DNA of 64,000 bases, taken from the NCBI GenBank assembly GCA_900617105.1, contig UYFQ01000373.1:1-64000 (forward strand). Direction: 5' to 3'. Positions 25,527 through 38,637 of this stretch are shown here, piece after piece. The DNA comes from Hydrurus foetidus (taxonomy: Eukaryota). Position numbers and translations under genes: made by a program. Positions within the stretch are counted from its first letter, which is position 1. Each line of letters begins with the position of its first letter. The notes beneath the pieces were generated by a model. It was not told where the DNA came from. It was given only the letters and a program-made list of their open reading frames with translations, and did no database searches.

Positions 25527-28500
25527 ATGACTTTTGGCAATCTGGCCGGAGCAACAGCTTTCTCTTTTGGAGCAGCACCAGCAGCAGGAACAACAGCTGC
25601 CGCTCCAGCGGCTGGCGCATTTACTTTTGGTGCGCCTGCCTCGGCACCTGCAGCTGGAGCAGCAGGAGCAGCTCCAGTATCATTTTCCTTCGGAGCACCT
25701 AAAGGTCTTTATTCAATCACTATCATTCATATCATATTCGACCATACATCACTTGTGACAATCACAAGATTCTTGCCGAATCATCAATACTGAGATTACT
25801 ATTGGCGTGGTGCTGACCACAAATACAGCTCGGATACAATTCAGCCATAAGAACATAGTCTCCGCAATCCATGAAAAGTTTGTCATGTTATCGACTACAG
25901 TGATAGATGTGAAAAGAACTGAAAACATACTGTGATTCAGCAACTAGTGCAGATAATTGGTGCTACGGTTTTTAGAGTTCGTGGAGATTTGATCACAAGT
26001 ATGATGCTGAATTCAGCTGAGTAGAATGTTCCTTTGGAACATTCGAGATAAACAATCGAAAGAACCAGTTATGGAGCATCGCATGCTGCTCAGAGTGAAT
26101 AAATCAACAGAATGCACTAGTGCTGAGGATCGATATCGATGTTTTCGACAGCATCAGTCACAATAATCAGAATAAGTCAGAATCAATTGTTCCTAAGAGG
26201 AGTTCTTACTGTTGTTCTGCTTTCCAGAACATCAATTGATAAATTCTTCGCGAGAGAGATGTTGTTTGTCTGCTCATAGATTGAAGATCAGTCTGAGGAA
26301 TGACATTGATGTAAACCTGTCTGGAAATCTCATTGAAAATCACAGCAACTGTATTAATGCGTTCTTGGATGTATCTGCAGTTTTTAAAATCAACAGAAAG
26401 AAGAGCTTTAGATGCCTAAACTCGGATCATTAACAAATGCTACAAATATTCTTTTCTACCAACAGTACCACTTCTACTTTTTCATCCCTGCTTTCACAAT
26501 TATCAAATCTTTATTTCCTACCTAATTCATTTTTTTTTCAACATGTCAAACCGATTTTTCCTCATTTCTAACTTATTTCCTCATTTTCTGTTCTTTCTTT
26601 TCTTTTTTCTTCCCTTCTTTCGATTCTTTTCTTTTTGCAGTTGACGCTGGCTCAGCTTTCGGTCTACCCGCAGCAGCCACTACAGCTGTGTCTACAGGGT
26701 TCGGGGCACCAGGTAACGACATCTTCGACTTCTGAACTCGACCGGGTCACGTCATAATGTACCGGAATTAGACACTTGGACGGAACTTTGATTTAATTAT
26801 GTCTATTTATTATCAAAATCATCACTTGATTATTTCTGCTCTTTAATTTCGATTTTTTCCTTTTTGATTTTGTTTTAAATTTATTTTAAATTTAGTCGCG
26901 TCTACTGCGCCATCTTTCGGCCAAACGGCTCCGGCCACATCCGGCCTAGGAGCAAGGTACAAACATCAATTGATTGATCGAGCAATTTATCAATGATCAC
27001 ATAAGTGATACCTTATTAGGATTCACTGCATCTTCTCTCATTGTGTCCTGTCATTCTGTATTCTATCACATGCCAGTCTATCTTATTTTATCCTATCTTA
27101 TTTTTTCACTTCACTTCTATTCTATTCTATTCTATTCTATTCTGTTTGTGTTATCTAACATTATACAAACTATCCTGCTTATTTTTATTTTTATTGACAT
27201 GATCTATTCAAAACCTCAACGGCAGCTACGTATATTTTAAGCGACTAAAACTGAAAAGTTCTCACTTTCTAACTCTCACTTTCACACTCTCACTTATACC
27301 GCACCACGCTATTCTGTCACACAATTTGACCAATCTCTTTCTTTTTTAGTACGGCATTCTCTGGTTTTGGAGGTCTAGGATCCACCGCTGCTTTCGGAGC
27401 AACTCCAACGTCAACTTCAACTACGACTCCAGCAATAGGTAATCTATTTCATATTTTTTACATCGATTATTTTTATTTTTTGGTTACAAATTTTTGTATA
27501 GGTGATCGATCAATAAATATATTAATCAATAAATAATTGATTAGTTTACATAGTTTTGTAGCTCTGTTCAATTCCTTCTCTTACATAATGTTCAATTAAT
27601 TAGTAAATCAACTTATTAACATCATAATTATTTCCAATTTCTTCTAGGCGGGTTTGGTTCATTTTCCATCCCGCCAGCAAGCACAACGTCAACTACTGCT
27701 GCTGCTCCTACGACTGGGTTTTCATTCGGTGCTGCTGCAACGAGTACAACTGCAAGTACAGGTAACTTAATTTAATTTGGTACAGATGTCCACTGAATTA
27801 GTAGATATATATGTGTATTTAGAAATAGTACAGATGTATTTTTAAGAAGTAAATGCGCTTCTAGAATCACAAATGCATTTTATAAGAAAACATAATACTT
27901 TCACTTTTAAAAAAGTACAATCGTCATTATTGTTCTGCCAATCGCGAAATGAAAATATTAGAAGTTCCCTCCGAAATTTTTATGTCATACTGTATTGATT
28001 TTTGCATTCGTAGCCCCAGCTCTGGTATCATTCGGTATCCCTGCTGCGGCTAACACGGCCACTTCCGGTACACCCGCCACAGCTCCGTTAGGTAAATCAA
28101 AGAGACAACAATTAATTGGTGATATTCTACAGCGTTACACGATCTCCCAGTCACAGCTTTTTTCAACGATCATTTTTTATTTTCCTCATTTTATTTTTTA
28201 ACTCCTTTATTTCTCCGACTCCTCTTCATCATTTATCATTTATTTCTCGTATCTTTTTATTTTTTTTCCAACACCATTTCACAACAAAAGCCAACATCTT
28301 ATATTTTCATTTTTACACGCCACCTTCTGACTCCATCCCCACAATTATTATTTGTATTGTATTATTGCAGCATTTTCTGCCTCTTTTCCCTCTGCAACAA
28401 CTGGAGCAAATCCGGAATCTACAGGTCCAGGGTTCGCTCTATCCGGCTTCTCATTGCCCACAGCCGCAGTGTACGTTACGTACTTACATTTAATTTGATT

Positions 28501-28857
28501 TAATTTGATCATATTCGATGAAGATATTTTTTTATTCTTTTAATTTCTGTGCTTTTCTGTACATTTTCCAATTGTTTAGAGAACACAATATTTCGCTTCA
28601 ATTACAAAGCAAATGAAATCAATTATTCTCACCAATACCAAAATACGATTAAATCAACAGATCTGCTACAACAACGGCACCCACACCCACCCCCACACCC
28701 CTGGGCTTTTCATTTGGACCCCCAGCTGCAACAACAGCAGCAGCTACTATAACCACACCTGGTAGACTTGACCCCATATAATGTGGACATTTATATGTCC
28801 GATGAGCCATTCTAGAAAAGAACTTCTTTGTGATACTTTTCCAGAATATTTCCTATT

Positions 28858-28945
<88 letters not shown>

Positions 28946-31900
28946 TCCTTCTTTCTTACTTTCTCCCTGTTAGTATTCATCATATTTCACTCTCTTCCGT
29001 TCGATGCATCCTGAATACCTAACACACTGTTTCTCACTTTTTTTTCTCAGTTTCTAATTTTATTTTTCATTTTCATTTTTCATTTTAGCTGTTGCATCAT
29101 TTGGAGCGATTCCAGCCACAGATCCAGGATCCGTTCCTCCAACTTCAATTTCAACAGCCGCACCCACAACCGTTGTAGCCGCACCCATTGTTCCTAATAT
29201 TAATCCTCCTGCTGAATTCAGGTGAATAATTAGTTATATATTTTTTTAGTTGATGTGATATTAGTGTTGTGAAATGTAAAATTTCACTTCTAGAATAATT
29301 TTGCTGTAGATTTGTCGCTCTTCTACTCTTTTTCTTCTGGTTGTTGCCATTAATATTATTACTCATATAAGAATCATCACATGTATATGTCATTGCAATC
29401 TTATCTTGATTCACGTACACACGTACGTACATACACACGTACGTACTTCCAGAACGGAGACGCTTGGCGGAATAATTAAAAAATGGTATATAGAGTTGAA
29501 TGAAGATGTTCAAGAATACAGAACTCAGGTGAGATCTCTGGATGACGTCATTGATCATGTCTAACTGCTGATTTACTTTTACTCTGGATCCATCCCTATA
29601 CACGACAATCCACACACAATAGCTGTACCGTACTGAAAACTGAAAACGTACGCTACAGATAGTGTGTGTAGATTGTCGTGTATAGGGGCGGGTCCAGAGT
29701 GAAAGTGCATCAACTGTTAAACACGATTCTGGATACTACGCAATAATTTCCGGATAGATAGTGTCTGAAGTTACAGTTCGTACCCAGGATTTGTATCCGG
29801 GTAACAGTCTACACAATCATCATCTTCATTGCTTCGACCCACAGGAGGGTTAGGGTTCGAAATCTAAAATATGAAATGAATATTGACATCTTCACATATG
29901 GTATCAAAGATTTATTGAACTAATCTGTTAATTTGTTATTTGACAGATTAGTTGATTTATTAATTTATCCATTAATCGATTGGTTTTTCAGGACGCCAAT
30001 GAGAAGCGTAGATGTACCAAACTAACGTTCAATTTTGTCTTCCAAAAAAGCTCCTTTTCTCTCTTGAAAGTTTTCTGTATGTCGGGTGCTATGAATTGAT
30101 GCTGATTGTATTTACAATATATATGCTGATACTTACAAACCGTGTTACATGTGAAGTCTTTTTTAGGTACTCTTCTTTATTTTCATGTCTACCAAATTTT
30201 GCTTTTACATTTATAAAATTGCTATCGATTTGTTTTAATTTTTCAAACTTAAATTCAGGTTCAAAAAGTTTCCGCGTGGGACAATCAATTGAGGGAAAAT
30301 CAAAAAGTAAGAAAATTATTTTTCGTTATGAAATAGTTGAAATACGGTTTTATACAGTAATTTTGTGAACAGCAATTTTTATTACTTAATGTTTTAATTT
30401 CTGACAATTTTAGTATTATTTGATTTACGACATTCTTTGTGCAGAAATTATTAAGTAAACAACGTCATTTTGTAATCGTTTACTAAACGTAAAAAGTCTA
30501 AAAAAATTAGGATTTTTTTAAAAATATGCTAGTAGTGCAGTTTGATAAATGTCACTTTTTATAAATATCACTATATTATGCAACTAATTATCATGTTATT
30601 GTTTAATATAACATACGATTATAATCACATAGGCTGCTGTCTCTCTGTCAGAAAGTGTGCACAGACTTTTTGAAAATCAAGAACAGCTGCGAAGAGATTG
30701 CGACACAATAGAGGTAAATAAAAAATATTTTCAAATCTTACATTCATCTTCTTGTTTTGTTATGATGTTGATAATACTATTAGAAATAGCATTAAAGTGA
30801 TATCTTATTAATTGATATTATTGATAAATCCTATTTTTTTAAAACTTTTCTTCTCTCATTAATTTCTATCTCAGTTATCATATCTTACTAGTCTTATTTA
30901 TCTCTACACTTTACACCCAACCTCTCATAGTCTCATGACATGTTCGCAATACTTCTACTATTTATTTGGCTACTTTTCTAATTACTCCATAGGCGTATCA
31001 AGAAGATTTAGAAATGGATTTACGATTGATCGAAGAGAACATCGAAAGAGAACTTCTTAACAAAATCGACAAGGTAAAAAAAGAAGTGAATGTAAATTAG
31101 AATAATGTGAATAAAACTGTAACGGAACAGAATGAAATATCCGAAATGCAGACTGCGAAAAGACATTTTCTCTACGAATAATGCCGTCAGTGAAAAAACT
31201 TATCTGTGTATTGGTGTTCCTTACTGTGTTGGCCTGGGTCCAGCGTAAAAGTGCATCATATTATCTGTTACGAAGTACAACCCTTGATGCTCTGAGATGT
31301 CACATGATAAAAGTAATGTTTGCGAATATCCGCTTTCCGTCAATAAGACACATTACTCTATTCCTCACTCAAAATCACTGTTTTCAATTTTTAAGGATCC
31401 TACTTCTGACGATTTAAGTCGCGAAGAAACATACGTCATGGCAGAAGAAATTGACCACCACTTAAATATGGTAATGCAGTACTAAATGTGATTTTTGTAT
31501 TGATTTATTGATGGTTGTACGTACGTATGTGTGTGTGTGTTCAAACCTCGTTTTATTTTGCACTTACTTTCACTTAATTGATTCACTTATCTTCTCATCT
31601 TCATGTATTTATTTGGTGAGTGGTTCGTTACTTTTATTATTCTAGTAGTCAAAACATAATGACAGTGTTGTATTTCATTAAATATCAATGCTTCTATTTC
31701 GAATATATGTAAGTCTATGCAATACGTTTTGTTTTTCCACACGATTTCTTATTGTAATTCAGAGCTTTTGAACAACAATTTCTGCAAATGTCACGTTGCC
31801 AACATACACCTAATTCAATAGTGTACATTATTTCATTGAATTAGATGGAGTCAAGTTTAAAAAAGATAGTCGAAGATTACAACAAACAAAGAGGAGGCGG

Positions 31901-32412
31901 TGGTGGGGATGTGACCAATAAAAACCCGTCTGCTAAGGTCATATCACCATTATTCTCAATGTTAATGTTATCATTGTGTTCTTTGAATGCTTAGGACTCA
32001 AAGTATAATGATTGATAGATAATACAATTCCCCTTTTTTTAAAGAGTTATGGTTGCGATGTATAACTTGTGCCTTCTGTCTTATTTCTAATATCTTTTAT
32101 TTCCTCTCCATCATATTCCATATCCTATAAAGGTCTCAATTGAATTTTCTTAACATTCTGTCTTTAACGTTTCTTCCTATTCTATTCATATTTTCTACTT
32201 TTACTCCATCTAGTATACCTAGCTTCGATTTTCTTCAATATTCATCAGCACTTTTTCATTTCTTACTTTTTTATTCTGTGGCATTTTTTTTACAGATTGT
32301 GGAGGTTTTGAATAGTCATCATGACACTCTCGCTCACTTGGACAGCAAAACTCGTCAACTGCAAAAAGAGATGCTATTTCTCAGTAGAGATCTAAAACTC
32401 GCTCCATATTAA
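25527..32412 (+). CDS. NUP62: Nucleoporin Nup62/Nsp1 (FG repeats plus C-terminal coiled coil), ~16 exons
   Basis: N-terminal A/T-rich FSFG/FTFG repeats; C-terminal exons TLGGIIKKWYIEL...YRTQ, VQKVSAWDNQLREN, REETYVMAEEIDHHLNMM, NPSAKIVEVLNSHHDTLAHLD match the Nsp1_C pattern. Confidence 0.88.
28856..28955. repeat. (TTTC)n microsatellite
   Basis: Directly visible. Confidence 0.95.
29562..29719. mobile_element. Palindromic MITE-like element (~70-bp arms, TA-bounded) in a Nup62 intron
   Basis: TAACTGCTGATTTACTTTTACTCTGGATCC...CCCTATACACGACAATCCACACACA is mirrored by TGTGTGTAGATTGTCGTGTATAGGG...TCCAGAGTGAAAGTGCATCAACTGTTA. Confidence 0.75.
29738..29879. repeat. Dispersed repeat family F, copy 1 (Nup62 intron)
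   Basis: ACGCAATAAT.TCCGGATA...GTATCCGGGTAA...GGAGGGTTAG.GTTCGAAATCTAAAATATGAAATG is shared with 53023-53173. Confidence 0.75.
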
Positions 32413-32915
32413 GCCTAATATAAGGAGAAATTAAGAGTATGACCAGCATCGAGCATTGTGATACTTTTTCCTCTGTGTTTTTATGCCTTTATTTAGATTG
32501 TAATGTCATGTTCGACATTTTCTTTTGATTGTTCAAAATAAATACCGTAGAAATTTGCAGTCGAATAAATTTGGAAAAATAGAAAACATATATTGAAGCA
32601 GCGCATTCGCTGTTTGAAATAGGACTGATAAACCGTCCGTGTCGGAACAATCCGAGGTCCAAGGTCCGAGGAATAATCCGACGGTTCTGGTCCTTCGGAA
32701 GATTCTGGGGGGACTGAAAACATACGATCTTGGAAAGACACACACGTGTACACGTGATAATATGTTTGCTTGAAGAACATCGCCTTCCTAATCATTCCTG
32801 GTCATTTTTCCGCATTGTGTTTGCCAGATCTGTACCGTGAAAGTCGAGATTCAGCTGCGCGCGAAACCATCTGAAAAATCTGTGTTTTTGAAAGCTTCTT
32901 GCGGAATATCTCGAA

Positions 32916-35900
32916 ATGAACATCCCCGGCAGCTTTGGAAAACGTGTGAAATGCCCTTGCTGTTCAAATCCATGGGACCAAACTGATAGCGAGGACAGCA
33001 ACACTTCCACAGCGAACACAATTTGCAACCCTTGCCTTAGCGACAACAAGGGTGTCACAGGCATTGATCCTGCAAACTTCGATTTAAACGTATCTCCCAA
33101 GGATAACTTTTATTCTTTTTCGAATGACGGATGGAGAGCCAAAAATCCAATTCCTGCTGAGTACGCAAACTGGAACACTTTTATTGCTCTTCGTGACCTT
33201 AACTTAGAAAGACTGAAAGTGATTTTGGAAGAATTGGAAGCAGCCAAGTCAGGAACTTCAACTACGGCTGATAATGCAAAATTAGCTGACTTCTACAATT
33301 CATTCATGGATGAAGCAGCTGTCGAGACAGCCAGCAAGGCTAACCTAGCCGAGCTGATCAGTGTCTGCTCTGGATCTGCAGCGGATCCCACCGCTGCTAT
33401 CGCAACACTCCACTCAAAATTCGGAGTTAAAGGACTTTTCGGCATGTACTCGTCTCCCGACAAGAAGAACTCAAAGCATTCCATCTGCACGATTTCTCAA
33501 TCTGGCTTAGGAATGCCTGACAGAGATTACTACTTTGATGCGGACAAGGAGGATAAACGAACTAAATACCTCGAGTACATCACCACCATGTTCACTTTGC
33601 TAGGAACAGAAGGCGGAGCAAGTGCATATGCAGACCCCGTGGTTTGTGCTGAAGCAGCAGGTGCGACTAACAGCCTTTGAAGATCATTTTCCTAACTTCT
33701 CTTAATTCTACTATTATCTTCTTTGACACATACTGTGCTGACGTTGAAAGGACTGAGTATGGATGATGATGTCGTTGTATTCCCGCACTATCCTATTAAC
33801 CTCTCCTCTCTTTTCATCCGCATCTGCCCTCTTGAGCTCCCGCATACTATACATGCAATATTCATAGGATAGCATTGAGAAATAGCATTGCCAACTCTCA
33901 TCTTACATCGTACATTTTATCTCAAACCGCAGCTTCTGTCTTCGCTCTAGAGACATCACTGGCTAGCGCCCATCTAACACGCACCGCCAGCAGAGACCCT
34001 GAGTTGACATACAACAAAATGTCCATCTCATCACTGTCTATTCTGACACAGCCAGAATTGACATACCCTGTTTATTTAACCACTGGTAAAGCCCCTGCAG
34101 GTTTTGACTGGCAGAAATACTTCACATTAATTGGAAAAAATGAAGAACACATGGGTGAAGTCAATGTGTCATGTGTGGATGCTATGAAGAGAGTGTCAGT
34201 TATTAGTTCATCTCCTGCACTACCTCACTATCTCTGTTTCCACGCCGGTAACTCATGTGCCGCACACTTGAGCAGTGCGTTTGTCAATGCTCATTTTGAT
34301 TTTCACGACAAGGTGTTAAAAGGGACACTTGAGATCAGGTACGTTACTGCACTGTACTTCTCACACATATCATTTGCTCTTCTCAATTATTTCGAACCTA
34401 ATCCGACTTCACATTTTACGATGTGAAGTTCTTACCATAGAGTGCAACAATTACGCTACAGCAATTAAGCACCATCTGCACTGCCGTTTGTTCAAATAAC
34501 CTTCATTTCGAGTAATTTCCAAATTTCTCATCAATTGAACTAGATCTGTTAAAATAGCACAGATGGCAGGACGAAATTGACATATCTTAACTCATACTTT
34601 TATTAATATTCGAATTATCAGGCCCCGTTGGAAGAGAGCCCTTGAGTCTCTCGAAGCCGCGTTGGGTGATGCACTGGGCCAGCTGTACGTCACCAAGTTC
34701 TTCAAACAAGACGCAAAAGACAGGTACGCTGAAGTTTCTTCACATGTCAGCCATAAACTGAACTGGTTAATCTTGTACTGTATGGCTTCTTAATACGTCA
34801 CACATAAATGAAAGAGCATGTTATTTTTCTCTTCTATCTTGTTTCTACGTGATTTTGCAATTAAATGATGTTTTGTATTTTCTTGGGGTTTTTGCGAGAT
34901 GTGTGTACGTACGTACGCACTTATTTCTAATTATGGTCGTTTGAGGCAATTCTTATTTTACCAACAATCGAATGCTACTTCTATGCGTCTCATTTCCATT
35001 CTTCATTATAACACTTCTACACGAAAAAGTCTTACTGACGCTTTAAGCTGTTTCACGCATCGCAAACAATCACCTCATACTAAATTCAAAACAATACGCA
35101 CTGACGATACTAGAGCACTGAGTATCGTTGAGAAAGTCCGAGACGCTCTGAGAGAACGATTAGGAGAAGTTAAGTGGATGTCAGCCGAAACTAGACTAGA
35201 AGCTATGAAGAAAATGGAGGGTTTCAGGGTTAAAATTGGATACACAGATAAGTGGACTGACTACTCCACATTAGTCGTCGAAAAAGGAGAGAACTTAAAG
35301 AATTTCTTTGCTAGTAATGCATTTGGTTTCAAATTGGATCTCGACAGGTGACAGAAATCTTTTTCAGCTTTTCATTAACATCGGTTACTTCTATCTCCTT
35401 TTCTTCACTGTTTTTTACGTCTCATCTCGATGTCAATTGCCTCATTTTTTCGAACCTCCTATTCAACGCCACTCTTTATGACAAAGTGTCTCCTCATCAC
35501 CTCTCCTTCTAGTGTCTCCATTTTACTCCAACTCTAACTTTAAACCTCGGTGTACCCTTCAGCAATCTTCCAATCTAATCGTACGTCTTTCTTTCTTCCT
35601 TCCTACCTTCTTTCCTTCCTGATTTCCTGCCTTCTTTTCTTACACTCTGTCCCACTGCATTCTTATATGCTCACAGAATGAATGCGCCAACTGACCGCTC
35701 TCGGTGGTTTATGACACCGCAGACTATCAACGCCTACTACCACCCATCTCTCAATGAAATTGTTTTTCCAGCAGCAATCCTCCAGGTAAATTAATTTTGT
35801 CTTACTAGACAATGCTATTTTACAAGATTTAGCGCGGGTCATACCTCTATTACTGCATCCATTCCTTTCTGTTTTTGCATCATCAATAGTTTTCTCCAAA

Positions 35901-37187
35901 ACATACTTTTACCTCCAATACTTTCATACACTCATTTCATCAAAAATCATGTTACATTCTTGTGAAATAGGCTCCATTTTTCGACCCTAATGCTGATGAC
36001 GCTGTGAACTTCGGATCACTGGGTGCCGTGGTTGGACATGAGATGACGCACGGCTTTGACGACCAAGGAAGAAAATACGATTCGGAAGGAAATATGAGAG
36101 ATTGGTGGGTAGGTAATGATGGCGCTGAATATGAGAAGAGAGCGGAGGTGATGATAAAGCAAGCGGAGACATTTGAAGTACACGGTGTTAAACTAAAAGG
36201 CAAACTTACTCAGGGAGAGAATATTGCTGATTTAGGAGGATTGAAATTGGCTCTACGTGCCCTCAACAAACATCTCAACGTAAGCGAATGTCACATCATT
36301 CCCGTCACAATCGATCAAATATATAACTTCCTATCTACATCAAATCTCCATGGTCAAGCCGTTTCTCATCTTCTGTCCTTTATTCTCTTCAATCATTTTT
36401 CATTCTCTTTTGTTTCATTCATTTTACTTGACTTTCGCCCTTTATTTTCTCTTCAACAATATTTCTCACAGGCCACCGTAGGTACTGAAAGAGCACTGAT
36501 CAACGGATTTACACCAGTCCAGAGATTCTTTCTTGCATGGTCTCAAGCATGGAGAGAAAATGGTTAGTACCTCTACCCATGACTTCCTGTTTGATATTTC
36601 ACTACCTTATTTTTTTCCCACATCATTTTTCTTTTCTCTTTTCTTCTATCTTTTCCTTTCTTTCTCATTTTCAATCTTATTTATCCTTTTGTTTCAATTC
36701 TTTGTTTCCTCTTATGTTATGTTATGTTATGTAATGTAATGTTATCTATTTCCTCCTACATCTCACTCCTTTTTTCACACTCTTCATTCCTTCACCCATT
36801 TTCCCTTGCAGTGAAGAAGGAGAGAGCACTCCAGTTAGTTACTCTCGATCCCCACGGTCCTAATGAGCTCAGGTAACAATCCTGAATATTGCACACACGT
36901 AGCTATTAGATGTCATTTCATTCCATTATTATTTGCCATATGTTACTATCTGCACACACCGTACTCGTTTGATCCTTCGTTCAACCATCTGCGAAATAAA
37001 TAATGTCTCAACGTATGTACAAATTTTTTATGCACTAACGCATGTATTGTCTCCCACTTAACTAATACTCTGTGTCTTCAGATGCAACCAGCCTTTATCC
37101 AACATGGAAGAGTTCTGCACCGCATTTGACGTATTACCGGATAACAAAATGTTCATTGAAGAAGCACACAGAGTCGATATCTGGTAG
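32916..37187 (+). CDS. M13 (neprilysin/PepO-like) zinc metallopeptidase, ~9 exons
   Basis: VSPKDNFY, GLGMPDRDYY, WFMTPQTINAYYHPSLNEIVFPAAILQ, GAVVGHEMTHGFDDQG, GENIADLGG, DPHGP...R, C-terminal RVDIW*. Confidence 0.95.
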
Positions 37188-38637
37188 AATGCTGTCATTT
37201 TGAGAAAGAAAAGAAGAAAAAGTGGAGAAAGTGGTTGCTGGGTTGGAATAGAAAGAGGGAGAAAAGAGAGGAACGTCTTGAAAGACACAGGGAGGGAATT
37301 TTAATAATAGAGAAGAAGGTCAATGAGGAGACACAACAAATATGGAGAAGAGAAGGGAGACAATCATTGAAGAAATGAGAATATAAAGATACGGGATGAA
37401 ATTTTGTGGGGAAAAATTATCAACACATGGGAGAGAGAGATAACGGTGAAATGACTCTTGTGGTTAGAAAGTGTCAATCCAATTTCTGGAAGTTTAATAA
37501 ATGGTCGTGTTTGAATAGCGAGAATTATCGATAGTAGAACGCACGTGATGAAATTGGCCATCTGAGGCAAAAGGAAGAAATACCAGAAGAGTAATAGAGA
37601 AAAGGAGGTACAAAAAGAAAAAGAGAGATAAATGAAAAAGTAAAGAAAAAAGAAAGGTAGAAAGTAATAGAGAAAGAGGGATAGATAGAAACTATATTTG
37701 ATGAGACGTGCGAAAGAAAGAAATACCAGAAAAAAAAACAAGAAGGTTCACATGTTCTGACTTCGTGAAATGGGATATTTTTCCCCTCAACCTGATTACG
37801 GGTACACCAGAGCTGAATGTTTTTCAGTCATTCATGTACATGCATCAGTCAAGTTACTGCTATGTACTATTTAGTTTTACATTAACGTTATGAATCCACA
37901 CTACAAAATGCCTAAGTAGCACAATTTACTTAAAAAATGCAGTTAACGCTGAGACTTGCATTGAAGAATTTCAGAGTTGAAAACAAATTGTAAAACGTAT
38001 TTGAACTTTCTTCTCGCTTCGAGTGTCAGTCTTCAGTATATTGGAGTACAGTACGATTTTGTCCTAGGGAGAATCTTCTATTTTTCCCATTCCTCTTACT
38101 CAAGTAAAAGCATTTGAGAATGTATACTCTGAAGATTTTTCTGACTTTTCTTTCCTGTTAAGTGCGATGCGCCACATCACAAGTACCTTCTCGAACTTTT
38201 CAAATTGGGTGAGTCCACAGTGTACGTCTGAATCATTTGGTACCGTGTATTTGCTGTCATAGAAAGCAGCCCCTAGAATTGAATCGCAACTACTCTAGCA
38301 AATGATGAAGGTCTTGAAAGGTTCAACAAACAATCTCCGTAATACGTCATCTGACACTATACGTCATTTTGATGTCAACCCGTACGTACGTGTGACGTGG
38401 TTTTCAGTTTCGGACGTTTCAACTTTTACCGGATAGAATTGTGCTCAATCTCAACCAGCTGACAACTTTCAACTTCAGCTTATCTATCGCTTATCTTTTA
38501 TCTTTCTCTCCAACGTTCTTTAACGTCGGCTAATTCATGAGTCATTATCGAAATAAGGAGGAAATTACAGCAACCGGAGTCATCACTTTCCTCACGAATT
38601 ACAGTTCATAGATTTAGAATACAGGTATCTTATTCCG

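Noticed and set aside
29850..29870. GGTTCGAA as a tRNA T-loop
   Set aside because: No cloverleaf or acceptor stem; it is part of dispersed repeat F.
37200..38300. Possible hidden minus-strand gene suggested by a GA-rich tract
   Set aside because: No convincing ORF or exon chain; the 3' flank of another + gene (~24410) is also purine-rich.
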